Below are positions 38,409 through 50,600 of a stretch of 64,000 bases of DNA, in pieces. The stretch comes from Marsupella aquatica (Eukaryota > Plantae > Marchantiophyta), in the NCBI GenBank assembly GCA_973895155.1, contig OZ316895.1, forward strand, positions 16,720,170 to 16,784,169. The letters are read 5' to 3'. Positions within the stretch are counted from its first letter, which is position 1; each line of letters opens with the position of its first letter. The notes below the pieces were generated by a model. That model did not search any database and had not been told where the DNA came from. It was given only the letters and a program-made list of their open reading frames with translations. A program made the position numbers and the translations under genes.

Positions 38409-41400
38409 TCAGGCTTTCCAGAAAGTCTTTTGACAGACAAGAAGAAGTTGCTCCTTATCACCCAAAACCTCGATCATCCGTGAGTCCCAACGCATTTGGT
38501 TTGCTACTGCGCGAGAATCTGCTATCAGTGTTGCTTCGTCACGTAAAAAGACCCAACCCTGCACCGTATGGAATAAGCAAATGTAAATATATGCAACCAC
38601 AATTTATGGAAGAGTACTTCAGAGGTTGATGGTATGTAATGTCCATTGATCTTACCCGTCGGTACCAAGAAGAACAACGATTACTAGTGCATGATAAGAG
38701 GAATATAATTGGCTAGGATATGACGGATGTATATTGGCCATGAGCACTGCCTTCTTATGGCATGTGTCGAGAAAGCATCAAAGAAACAGATTTAAGAGTT
38801 CCCTTAAAAATTCGCACTTGACCTTCAATATCACAGGAAGGATCTAAAGTTGCACCTCTGGACGAAGCATACGATCCATTTCCAAAAATAATTTGGCAAG
38901 ACCACAAGAATTTGGGCGTTTAAGTTCTTGAGAAAGAAGATCTGCAGCATGAAGGAAATCATACGTCCTTGGATATGTTGGAAAGGGTTCACACCTGCAC
39001 GCCGTGTCATTGATCACGAGACAACATTTCAAAATAATTTCTTATGACCCTCTTAAAATCAGCAGTGACAAAATTTTCAGGACTACGTAAGTATGCCCAT
39101 AATAACTGCAAAATCCGGTGCGAAGGAGAAATGTTACAATAGCAGCAAATTGTGACGTAGAGTTCAAAAACTCGCTCACTTACCAGTCATGGATTGCTCC
39201 AATAAGTCCTCGATCATAGATGAACGGTAGAGTATTCGAAGCACTTGTCGGGACAACGTTCATAACCCACACTTGCTTTCCTGACGTTATGAGGGCTGCA
39301 TTAAGTGCTCCGTGTCCAGCATTCATATCCATCATATTTCTGACTAAATGTGCACTGGGACCAATGTCATCATCGCCTAATCGTTTTGGATGATCAGAAA
39401 ATATGTTGGGTGTCAATAACGACCAATAATCGGCTACTGTTCCTGACCATGTGGGCGGCTCACCCGTGCTTTCATCCTTCGCAGGACCTGGCACATCAAA
39501 ATTAGAAATTTGATATTTAGCAAAAAAGTCTTTACATCAAGAAAAAGTTCCCAGCACAGCTAGCTCTTAACCCTAAGTCAGTTCTGAAGTCGAAGAAATG
39601 TATTTTTGCCAAACCACATCTACTAAAATACAATTAACCAAGTATTCAAAAACATTCGGCCAACATTCTAGGAACCACCAAAGACAATTTGAACCTGTCA
39701 TCTACCCAAAGAAGATGCTAAAACGAAACACAAAAAGGCACAGTGCAGGGGAAAGCACGTGCCTGAATTCAGAGGTTCTGTATGTACAAGCTGAAGGCGT
39801 GACGGCCATACTAGTTGTTCATGAACAGGTATTTGGCGGTGGGCAGGAGGCACGGTAATACAAGGCCTCAAGGGCTCATGCCATGCCCAGTCTACATCGT
39901 ATTTACCCTGTTCACAAAATTGAGTGTGATGAAAACTTCGTGACCTGCGAAATACAACCCAGATTTAGCATGTATTGAAGGGATTGGGATTGACTCGGAT
40001 TTGTCACACTGTAACGTTCACTGCAGTGAGGCAGTTTTCTTAAAGGGCGTTATACATTCATCCTTCCGCTTCCATGGCCCGAGTGATCTTTATGTTGGAA
40101 AACCTTTCACAGAAGCTGGTGCCCCATTAACCATTCCAGAAGCGGAAAAGTCATCGGAAATCAGTGATCAATCAGTCATTGCCTATCCGGTTGACTTGTA
40201 TTACTTCCTTCAGAATCTGCCTCCATCTACTATAAAGTAAATTCTCACTCCAAGAAACTCACATAACCAAATACCTACAACCACTTTAGGAGACTGATAA
40301 TGTCATGCCATGTAGCATTTCCAGCCCGTGAACGAACTTTGAAGAAGACCACAAAGCAAGATCTCAAGCAGCCACCCTAAGAGATATCAGCAATTTAAAG
40401 TTACCCAGCTTACTTCGACTTAGCCACGCAAAGATTCTTAAGATTTGATTGCAGCAAATTGGCGAATACGTACGTTAAGTCAATATGAAGAGCCATTTTC
40501 TGCCAAATTATCAACGTTTTATGCTGGGACGGCGAGGCCATTTCCCAGCCCAAACTAGAGGTCCAATTCTGCAACCTCGCCATGGCCTCATCCAAACGTC
40601 CATCTTGAAACGATCTAACCCAGACAAAATAACCTCCTGATCGGAGTAATCTGTCAACCTCAAGCAGGGACATCCCAGCTGGAAACATCAACGTCGGGTA
40701 GCACTGAGTCAATACCATCACTGGAGCCAGTTGTATCGCCAGATAAAGTACACCTACTATGAAGACCATCTCATATACAAGAAATGGCCAAACAGCCGAC
40801 ACTGTTATTGATTAGCACCAACACTTCCTTCTGCGAGAATGTAGTTGTTCGACAGACTGATACAGAATGTGGGGTGAAACTTAATGTGCGAACTGCAGCT
40901 GTGACCAGAATCGTCAGGAGTCACAATCCTCTGAGCTTCATAAGTACAATAGATGTGAATCAATGAAGGCCGCCGACCTTGCCCACATAAGTGTTATACA
41001 TCACGAACAGCAAATAGGTGGTAAGACTGTTTAATGCACTTGTCTACAAGTATCAATGTTGTGACCTCTCCCAGTTTAAGCTGAACAAGACTAGCTCAGC
41101 ATATCTTAAGAGCAGAGAGCATTCAGATCAGAGGAAAATACAGACGCAGACCAGGTCGACGTGAGAAATCCAAAGACGCTCTGACTAAATCATTGGAATT
41201 TACCTTGTGAATTGCCCTCAATTCCACACTCTGCACAGTGAATCAAGTCAAACGACGAGCTCGGGTAGGGCAGTTGGTTGACCATCAAGGACCCAATCAT
41301 AGCCGGAAGGCCCCGCTCCAAGGCGATCTGGACTTGTGCCCCATGCTCTTCATATGGAGCTATGCACATCGTCAACATTTCGTACCACAATAGATGACCA

Positions 41401-43177
41401 CCCAGGCTACCTAAGCCACAGCCAATGTCTAGTACAGTCCGAATCTACAATAAAACCACGAGAAAGTCTGTGAACATATGGGTTTGGCCAACAGCTCCAT
41501 TCTACAGCTATAATACCTAGACAAAGAACCCTCAGCTCCAATTGATCACTACGACTACCAAAAAAAGAATAGGGCACCAAAGAGCAGGGAAACCTCGAGA
41601 AGGACATGGATGATCAAACGAATTGCAAGGGTGCTGAGAAAATTAAAAAATCATCTGGACTCAGCGTTCAGCCTTGAATTTCTTCCTTCTTCTACTTCGG
41701 TTCTCAGATCTCTTTTTAAATACCCACCTTTGCCGAGCCGAAATCCGCGGCCCCAGAAAGTCCCAAGACCCCAGCAAGCTCTTGTACATAACTTCCAACC
41801 TCATTCCTCAGTTGTGGATCTTGGGCAGGAAACTTGAGCTGGTCTTCTTCAATAAACAATCTGCACCCAGACATAAAAAACTCGTGTCAGGTGACAACCC
41901 AAGACTGCGTATCGATACGAAGATTAAGACAAAGTCTGCTTTAATTCAAGCACGTGAGCAAAATAGGAAAATCTGAAGGCATCCCCATACTGAAACGAAA
42001 TCGCAAATATGCATCCCCTCGTAGTAGGGCCCACAAGAAATACCGAACGGAGAGGAGCACATAAGCAAACTTTTGCCTTCAACTACAGGAAGATGCAGGA
42101 CCCTAACTCTCACTCAGGAAATTTAAAACCTATGCATTACTCACTAAGTTCCTCTCTATAGGCCTCCCCTCTGAACTCAGCTAACCAATAAACATTAAAA
42201 GGATTCAAGTTTTTTCAAAATAAAGCAGAACAGATCCCGAAATTTTGGCAAAAAAGAAGAAAGCAGTACACCCATTCTTAGCATGATATTTGAAACAAGC
42301 ACACAACCTTCTTGCTTTCCAAGAAAGATCCAAGTCGTTTATCACCATAATAACCGTTTGCCTCTTCTGCGCACGAACGAGCATACCTGTTTGTTCCCGA
42401 GGCCTCATCGATCTGTACGTTCCCCCTCCAAATCCCTTGATTGCTATATGGCCACTCAAACAAAATCCGATAGTCCTTCGGAGGGGGCACAAGACACTGG
42501 ATCTTGCTGGCCAATTCACAATGCGGTTCAAACTCTCGCCCATCTGAGTATCCACCTTCTCGATTGGCTCTGATGTCGTAACAGGGAATGTAATCCTCCA
42601 TGCCACTGGGACAAACCGGGAGCTCCCGGGGATCCGAAATCAGAGATCCCCTACCTAAAATCCCGCCACGAAGCAAATCTCTCCAGGCTAATAGCTGCGC
42701 TCGAGGATAATTGTGTGGAGGAAATACCACCCTCGGAGTAGATCGATTCAATCCCACCACGGCTATGAGAACGAAACCTCCAATGAAGCAGAGTAGCAAG
42801 ATAGAGAGAAACGAACAGCCCGACGATATTCTGTTGCAACTTAAGCATGACAAACAGTTGGAGCCATATCCTGGGTTGGACCCTGCTATTGAGTTTTGCT
42901 TGGTGATCCCACCTGGACTCTCACTACCTTTCCATGACTTAGATCCAGTCTCAGGTGGTTTGAGCCCATGCTTATGAGCTGATGAGAATGATAAATTCTG
43001 CTTGATCCATAACCGTATCGAATGTGGGAAACAAGCCTCCCAAACAGGTCGGTTCCGATTCCTTTCTTCGACCCCTTCCTCATCCCTGTCCCTAGTTGGA
43101 GAATCCGCTTGTGATGAAAGTAGAGAAGGCCTTATCCTCTCTGGAGTAGATAGCCCTCTGTAGAGCGCTCGTGACAT
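38409..43177 (-). CDS. QUA2: Putative pectin (homogalacturonan) methyltransferase of the QUA2/TSD2/OSU1 type (PMT/DUF248 family), 8 exons, about 714 aa
   Basis: Exons 43177-42387, 41860-41728, 41444-41204, 40678-40474, 39944-39763, 39487-39184, 38994-38856 and 38558-38409 are phase-consistent. Features: MSRALYRG start, one TM anchor, [20 protein letters not shown] (SAM motif I), [30 protein letters not shown] (QUA2-clade signature), [37 protein letters not shown]. Confidence 0.92.
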
Positions 43178-45842
43178 TTTGTCATTCAGCTCCCGGGCAC
43201 CTCTCTTTCCTGGCCGAGTTACAGGAATGTACCAATATTAGTCCAAACCACACCATTGCCGAATCACACCAGTCCAGCAACATTGAGATACATATTTCGT
43301 TCAATCAGTTGCATCTCATGACGAAAACCCTCCCGCCCCACCACTCCTCTCCTCGGAAGAAGCCTCTTTCAGAAATGCTTTCAGGCTCATCCATGATCCC
43401 CCAATTCGAATTCAGTCAGCCAGCCCTACTACTCAGCCCTCAGCTATACAACAACAAGTACCTCAACTCAAATGCACAAACGAGAGCTACACATTTCCAC
43501 CGTTACCGGTCCAGCACTCCACCCTGAAGTCCAAATTCCATCAAAATCCAGCCTTGATTTTCCCCAACGACAGCATCACCCCTATCCCCTCCCCTCTCCT
43601 AGCACACTTTCTCGCATATAGATACAACTCCCAAACAGAAATACCAATCCACTGCTCTTCCCGGTTCAGCACCAAAAAGAGAGGACAGATAAATCGCACC
43701 CACCGTGACATAACAGACCGGTGATGAAGGGGAAAGGCTCCGCTCCCGTCCCTTCACTCTCCACCTCCCCCAGCAGCTCCTCCTCCGGTTCCCCTCCCGA
43801 CACAGACGAACCTGAACAGCGGGAGGATCTCCCAGGCGACTACCATTTCCCTTGTATATTATTTAATGCGGCCATTAACGAGGCATCGCTTCCTATTCCC
43901 ACCCATGGATCCTGCCTCTCTGCTCCGCTTCCGAATCCCACCCATGAATCCTGCATTCCTGCCCCTCTGCTCCTGACAAAGCAAATCCAAACTTCCGTCA
44001 GCTCCATCAGGAACAAAGGCTCCCCACACAGCCCTCAGCTCAGCACAGGAAACAAAAGCTCCCCAGTCAGCTCTCTCACACACACATCAGCTCACCACCG
44101 ACTTCATCGGGGAGCAGCTGTCACTCTAGTGCCTCGTTCCTTCGTTCGTCGCACCTTCCTTCGATTCGCATCCCCATCACCACCGAATGTCCCTGCGCGA
44201 GCTCCTGCAGGTGCTACTTGCCTCCTCTTCTCCTCCCGCAGGTGTTACCCTCCATCGCCATCGCCATACTCAACTGTAGCACTCCTTGTCACCTTCTTCC
44301 TTTCCCATGCTCCGTCATTCACTTCCCTCTTCTCCTCCCACCATCGATTCCGCCTCCCCAGCTATTGAGCTGTTCTCTCGATTCTCGATTCTCGATTCCG
44401 CCTTCAGAGCTGTTCTCTCTCTGTTCTCTACTACTACTATCGGTGCAGTGGCTGACTTTCTACAAATCTACACTATTCTTACTCACAATGTCACACGTCA
44501 ACAGTAGTCCGTAATTACTCCTCTCCAACTCACCACGGTAAACAGGCCGGTATTTTCACGGCCACCATTTGCCGGTACGACCGACTGTCACTGAATGTAC
44601 TCTACCGTACTTTCCCTGTTTCACGATCCAAACCGCCCGGAGGCGAATTATCCAGTTACTTTCTCTTTCGGCCAGAATAAACAAATCATCATTACGTGAG
44701 TGAATGCGCACATCCTCACCGTCCGTCTGTCATATCGATGGCCCACATTTCTCGACACACCCTGAATTTCTTATTATTACAAGTTATTCATTTTTGTTGC
44801 GCTCTACCGGTAATGTGCTACGCGTGAAATTCCGTATGGTGACAAGCTCACAACGGGCCGGCCGTGACTTCCGCCTTGAAAGCGTCTTCGTGCTTCACAG
44901 GCCGTCGATCAGAGGATCGACGGTGAGAAGATGATTTGTCAAGGAGTGTCCGATCTTACCAGCCATCGTCGCAATTATATCCACGAGTAGTTCGTATTCG
45001 CATTCCGAACGGTTCACATTGCCGTCGATTGAACCTCTTGACGGTTGAGATTCAACTAAACATTTGAGGAAATTCTTTTTTCGCGGCGGGGAATGAGACT
45101 TGTATTATAATGATTGGACGGTGAGCTCTTTTGTAGAGAGGCATTCGGGGTTTTTCCCGAGCACCGACCGCGTGGGACCCTCCAGTGGGTGGCCGGTGAT
45201 GATTTAATATTAATGTGTCTTCTAGGGAAGGCTACGTATTATTTCCCGGTGGTCGATGGGTGCTTTATCTAGCAATTCGAAGCCTATTGACCGAGTTTTT
45301 ATGAGTACGTAACACTTTAGTGTGTGGGTCCACCTCACTGTTTCAGGTAGATATCATTGATAAAGTACATTCCAACATTGTTGTATTACTGTTTTAAATT
45401 TAAGTGGGTACAATTTTTACGAACCATGTCAAAATCCCATCTTGAAATCTTGAATAATATAAGCGATGTGACATGACACACAATGGAGAAAGAAAATGAT
45501 GCTTTCATGGACCTAGGCTGTGAACCATGCAACTTTCATGAATGACACGTTGTTCAATGTGTCCCTTGATTGCCAACTGAATCTGCTCACTTCTTGGGTC
45601 AGTTAAAAGCGGTTTGCAAAATCTTTCCAACCAGTCTAATATCTATAGTTTTACCCAAGATTTAGAGAGTTCTGAGTTTCTCAAGATTAGGTCATTAGTC
45701 ACACTCAACACTTTCTTAAACCTTGATGTTGAGTATCTCAGTTGACATCTAGTGGAGTATCTAGGTTTTGGAAAAATCTTTCCAATGAGCCCAGTGTAGT
45801 CAAATTTCATGAAGAACTAGCTCAATACCCATGCATTGCACA

Positions 45843-46930
45843 AAATATGTCGTGTCAGGCAAAATGTCGTTGAGAACAAAAGAGGTCGTGTGGGCCGGCC
45901 AAGAGGTTGTTGAGAAGAAAGATGTCATGTCGGCCAAGAGGTCGTTGAGAAGAAAGATGTTGTGTCGCCCAAGATGCCGTTGAGAACAAAATATCTTGTG
46001 TCAGTCAAGATGCCGATGAGAACAAAAGATGTGGTGTCGATTGGCCAAAAGGTCATTGAGAAGAAATATGTCGTGTCGGCCAAGATGTCGGTGACAGCAA
46101 AAGATGTCGTGTCCGCCAAGAAGTCGTTGAGAACAAAAGATATCGTGTCGGCCAAGAGGTTGTTGAGAAGAAAGATGTCATCTCGGCCAAGAGGTTGTGG
46201 AAGAAATAGAGGTCGTGTTGCCAATGATGTGGTTCCCGATATCGTTATGCCAAAGTTTTGTTAAGTATAACAATGTTGTTACATTGCACAAAAGATGATG
46301 TGTCGCTCAAGATGTCGTCATGTAAAAGATGTTGTGAAGTTAAAAAATGTACTTAAGAACGATGAAGTTTTTTCGCCAAAGATGTAGTTATATGAAAGAC
46401 ATTGTTAAAACTATGTCCTAGAGGGTTTCACTTCCATAAAAAATGGTACATCATGTGCAATGAAGGATAAGGTCATTTTATTGGCTCAAATGAAACGTTT
46501 AAGAATTTTCTCAGAAAAACAATAGGGTCTTTTAAATCCAATTTTGAGACTTATAAGAACTTTAGAGTCTTTTTAACCAAATTTTTGGAATATTCTTATA
46601 GGGGTTTAAAAGAATAATTTTTTTCTTACATTTTAGGGGGTTCGAGGCCTGAAAAACGTCATAGGTGATGGAGGAGGCATCCATATAGTGACACCCCTGA
46701 GACTATGTCACTAAGGAAAAAAAGTCATTTTGCATTTTGCCAAATATGTCGTCAAGTAAAAAGTTATCATCAAGTAAAAAATTGTCGTTAACAAAAAAGA
46801 ATTGTCTTGCCAAAGATGTTATGTGAAAGATGTCATGAAAAAAATGTCATTGAGTAAAAAAATGATGTGGTGCCAAAAGGGTCGTTATGTGAAAGATATT
46901 GTGAACTAAAAAGATGTCGTCAAGTAAAAG
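45843..46930. repeat. About 36-bp tandem/subterminal repeat array downstream (3') of the P-like transposase
   Basis: Many diverged copies of AAAGATGTCGTGTCGGCCAAGA(G/T)GTCGTTGAGAAC/GA, densest at 45843-46260, with degenerate copies to about 46930. Confidence 0.85.
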
Positions 46931-47613
46931 TGTGCCCCTCGCCAACACCTTGCCATCAATGCCAGTGCCATGATTGATCTTTACTATGTCTTTGGACCTT
47001 ATAACTTTTGTTTTTTTGGCAGTGAAAATGACACCAAAAATGAATGTAAAAAATAACCCTAAATATTGGGAGCATAATGTTTTATTTGATTAGTGTATGT
47101 AGTCCCCTATTGACTTAAATAGTATCTGAAATTTAACTCCTACCAATTTTACATGAAACTATGCACTAACTCACCAAGATATTGAGTATGTACACCTTGT
47201 TGAGTATGTACAATCTTCCTTGATCTTGTGCATTGTGTTAGTGAAGTCCCTTTTTTATTTGCTTAGCCCATTTTTTATTCCCTCCTACTTGGACATTGGT
47301 GTTTTTTCATTTACACGAAATTAAATTATTATTATTTTTATTCGTTCCTTCTACCAGATTTCTTATTTTTTACACTGTGCAAATTTGAATGACGACCACT
47401 GTAAAATTTGGTGTAACTATTTATTATAGTTTTTAATTCACTTTTGTTCTTACCAATATGACTATACCAATTTAACAAAAATTCACAGATGCTACAGTAG
47501 TTGATTGCCCTATGGATGGAGTTGGCATATCAATCAGATCAATTGGTGAGCGACAATTGCCCCATCTACTACCATACTTTTATCTCATTTGGACAATACG
47601 AACTCAACCAAAA

Positions 47614-50600
47614 CTATTTCTTACCTACTGAGATTGCCTCTATGGTAGCCTTATTCTTTCCTTTAGGGCCCTTTTCTTTTCCTGGTCTAGTAGATGGAAC
47701 AAGAGTACCATCAGACTCAAATGCAATTGCACAATCACTGTCAATATCAACAAAACATGAGCTAGGATTGGCTTCTTGCACTTTACTCTTGCTAGTACTA
47801 TAGTATACCACTTGTTTCACCCTTGTAAGCCTATCTTTCAACAATGTGGATTGCCTACCAGCTGGCTTACTAGAGTGGACTAGACTGGACTTGTAAATTT
47901 CCTTGCCCTCATAAGTAATTGTGGGCACTACCTTGGTACAACTCTGCACTAGTTACAGCATGGACAACTAGTCCAAACACATGCACGCCAAATTTGTGTC
48001 CTAATGTCTCAAGCTCGTCTAAGGGGTCTACATCAAATTATAAGTCATCTATGTGTTCATCATCTGAATGCATCTCAGGAACAACAATGGGATCTGGATC
48101 TATTAACCATGCATCTACTATATTCAAATCATCCTCAGGTCCGGATCTTCCAATTCATGAAAGTCTCCAATTGGGTGAGGACCTATTATGGGTGGTTGGT
48201 GCTCTACTTATTCCTCACAATCATTGCAAACAACTACTTCCTTGAGAACCACCTCTAGTGGCCAAGTCTCACCTTCCACAACCCAAGGACATATATGTCC
48301 ACCATCTCTTTCTAGCTACTAGTAAGGAACTTTATGGAGACATTTGTAGCTAATGCAAGAGATCTTTAGCAGCAACAAAACCTTCTTTAAAGTCTATAAC
48401 CACTAATTCATTGCTTTGAATGAGAGAATAGTGAAGTAGATTTGGTGTTTCCTCCCCTAATCCTATAGAATGAATCTTCCCCATACATGACCTTGCTTCT
48501 TATGTGAGCGACCTATCTTCAAGTATTCTGGTTCATATTCCAAACCAGCAAGCCAGTTCAGTCCAACGACACTATTCAACAGACAGCCAAAATTATAATT
48601 TTTCTCATGACCACTCATGCCTCCTACCTTGCTGAAAAAGATCTCACAACAATCAAAACCTAGCAAGTGGAAGGGAACACCTAGATGTAAGAACTTATCT
48701 CGAAAGGCACAAATGAGCAACATGATGAAATGACATGACATGACATGTTAACATCATGAAAGGCCTGAATAGATGTCAACACCTTGCAATGGGGCTTAAC
48801 TTGTTGAGTATTGTTCTTAGTCTTGTGACTCTAGGACTAACCACAGTTAGGCTAACTCAGGTTAGGACTTAGCTAAGATTAGCAATGATGCATGTTGTGT
48901 ATAACCAAGGCTAATGCCAGCCCCTGGTGGATCTTCAGTTCATTGTTGGAGTGGAGTAAGAGTGTAAAGGTCTCTTGCTTTCCCATGGACGTAGCCTCAG
49001 TCGAGAGGTTAACCACGTACTTGCTGTGTCGACTACTTTGTATGGTGTCCCCGACAACCCCTACTTCTCCCTCTATATACTACTCTCACAACCCAGGACT
49101 CCAAACCAAGCCACACCAAACCACACCAGGCCTAGGGTGCTAACTCGGGATAGTCACTCATCACTTGGAAATCTAACCCAAGGTAAACTAGTTGTCGTAT
49201 GGCCGGAAGAACACAAAGTAACAATATATCTTTACAAACTCAAAATTCAGTCCCTTTAAGAGCACATTGAGAATAGATTGAATGAATTAACAGTTTTGAG
49301 TAGTTTAGAGCTCTTGGTTAATAACTCTCAAATTTCTAAAAAGGATAAAATTAACAAAACACGAGGAAAGATAACTCTTGAGTTATGGAACACAAGGAAG
49401 TTTAATCTGGGAACATATTTGTTTTAATTTGCTATTGTCATTCCTTCAGAAAGGACTATGGTCTTAGTACGTATAGACAAAGATTAAAATTATCATAACA
49501 GATTTCCTCTCCTTTTGGGACACAAAGATGTGAAATAAATGATTCTTTTGCTCATCAAAGCCACAATATATTTTTGGTTGGTTTTACTAAGATATATATT
49601 GAAATGCCGTCAACATGGTTTGATTGTCAACAATTCACAATTCAAACCAAACTCTAATACATATGCCAAAGTAAAACAATGGTACTTTGATACTCTGAAA
49701 ATGGAATTTTACTCCTTCCAAATCAAACATCTATCCTCAAATTAGCTAGCAAATCTTGTTACAATGAGCAAGCCTAGTAGTGAATTTGATGGAAATCTCA
49801 TAAGCTCGTGATTAGAATTCACTCACCAAAAGGAATCATAACATATGTTTTACTTCCATACAAGACCTTCTTGTTAAAATGGAAGGTGGAACCTATTCAT
49901 AATTCCCTTACTAAATAAAGTTTTGTCCCCCCAAAGATTGGTAAACTAAGTTAGGGGTCTTATAAGTTTAGAACTCTAACACAAAGAATGAACTGAAGAG
50001 ACATGTCTTTTCAGACCTCAAACACCTAAAAAGATAATCCTAGAAAAGATTGAAAAAGTGAAGTGCCGTAAATAGACATCACTAGAAATATTGAAATTGC
50101 AATGGATGCTTCTAAAAGCGTCTTGGTTTGGGGCGGACGCTTTGCAAAGCGTCGGTGTTTTTGCTAAAACTAATGAAGAGTGATTTTATCCTAATTTTAA
50201 CTTCAAAACTAAAAGTTAGAATGAGGTGAAACTTTTCTAGAGCACTCTATCACATATAATCTCTATGCTCGCAAAGTTTGAGACTTTTTTGAAACTTTTG
50301 AGTACCTTTGTTGTCAAACACGGACGCTTGTCAAGGGGATGCTTGTCAAGGGGACGCTTTTGTCAAGCGTCGGGTCTTTTATTAACTTTGGATTGCGGAC
50401 GCTTCATAAAGCGTCTTGTGTTGTGAGGGACGCTTGATAAGGCGTCGTGGATTTAGTTATGTCTAGAATTGAAGTTTCTTTCAGCGGAGTAGTTTAAGAC
50501 GGACGCTTCACAAAGCGTCGAATTAGAGTGGACGCTTGACAAAGCATTGTCTTTTGCTTCAATTGATGAATATTGACAAAAATACATTTCCACGCTAGTT

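Noticed and set aside
43721-44514. 215-aa and smaller Pro/Ser-rich plus-strand ORFs
   Set aside because: Low-complexity antisense reading of the QUA2 leader/promoter, with no domain signal.
44900-45045. Short hairpins CCGTCGATC-AGAG-GATCGACGG upstream of QUA2
   Set aside because: Short stems typical of MITE remnants in plant promoters; no evidence for an RNA gene.
45925-46264. 100-aa repetitive ORFs on both strands
   Set aside because: By-products of the 36-bp (multiple of three) tandem array.
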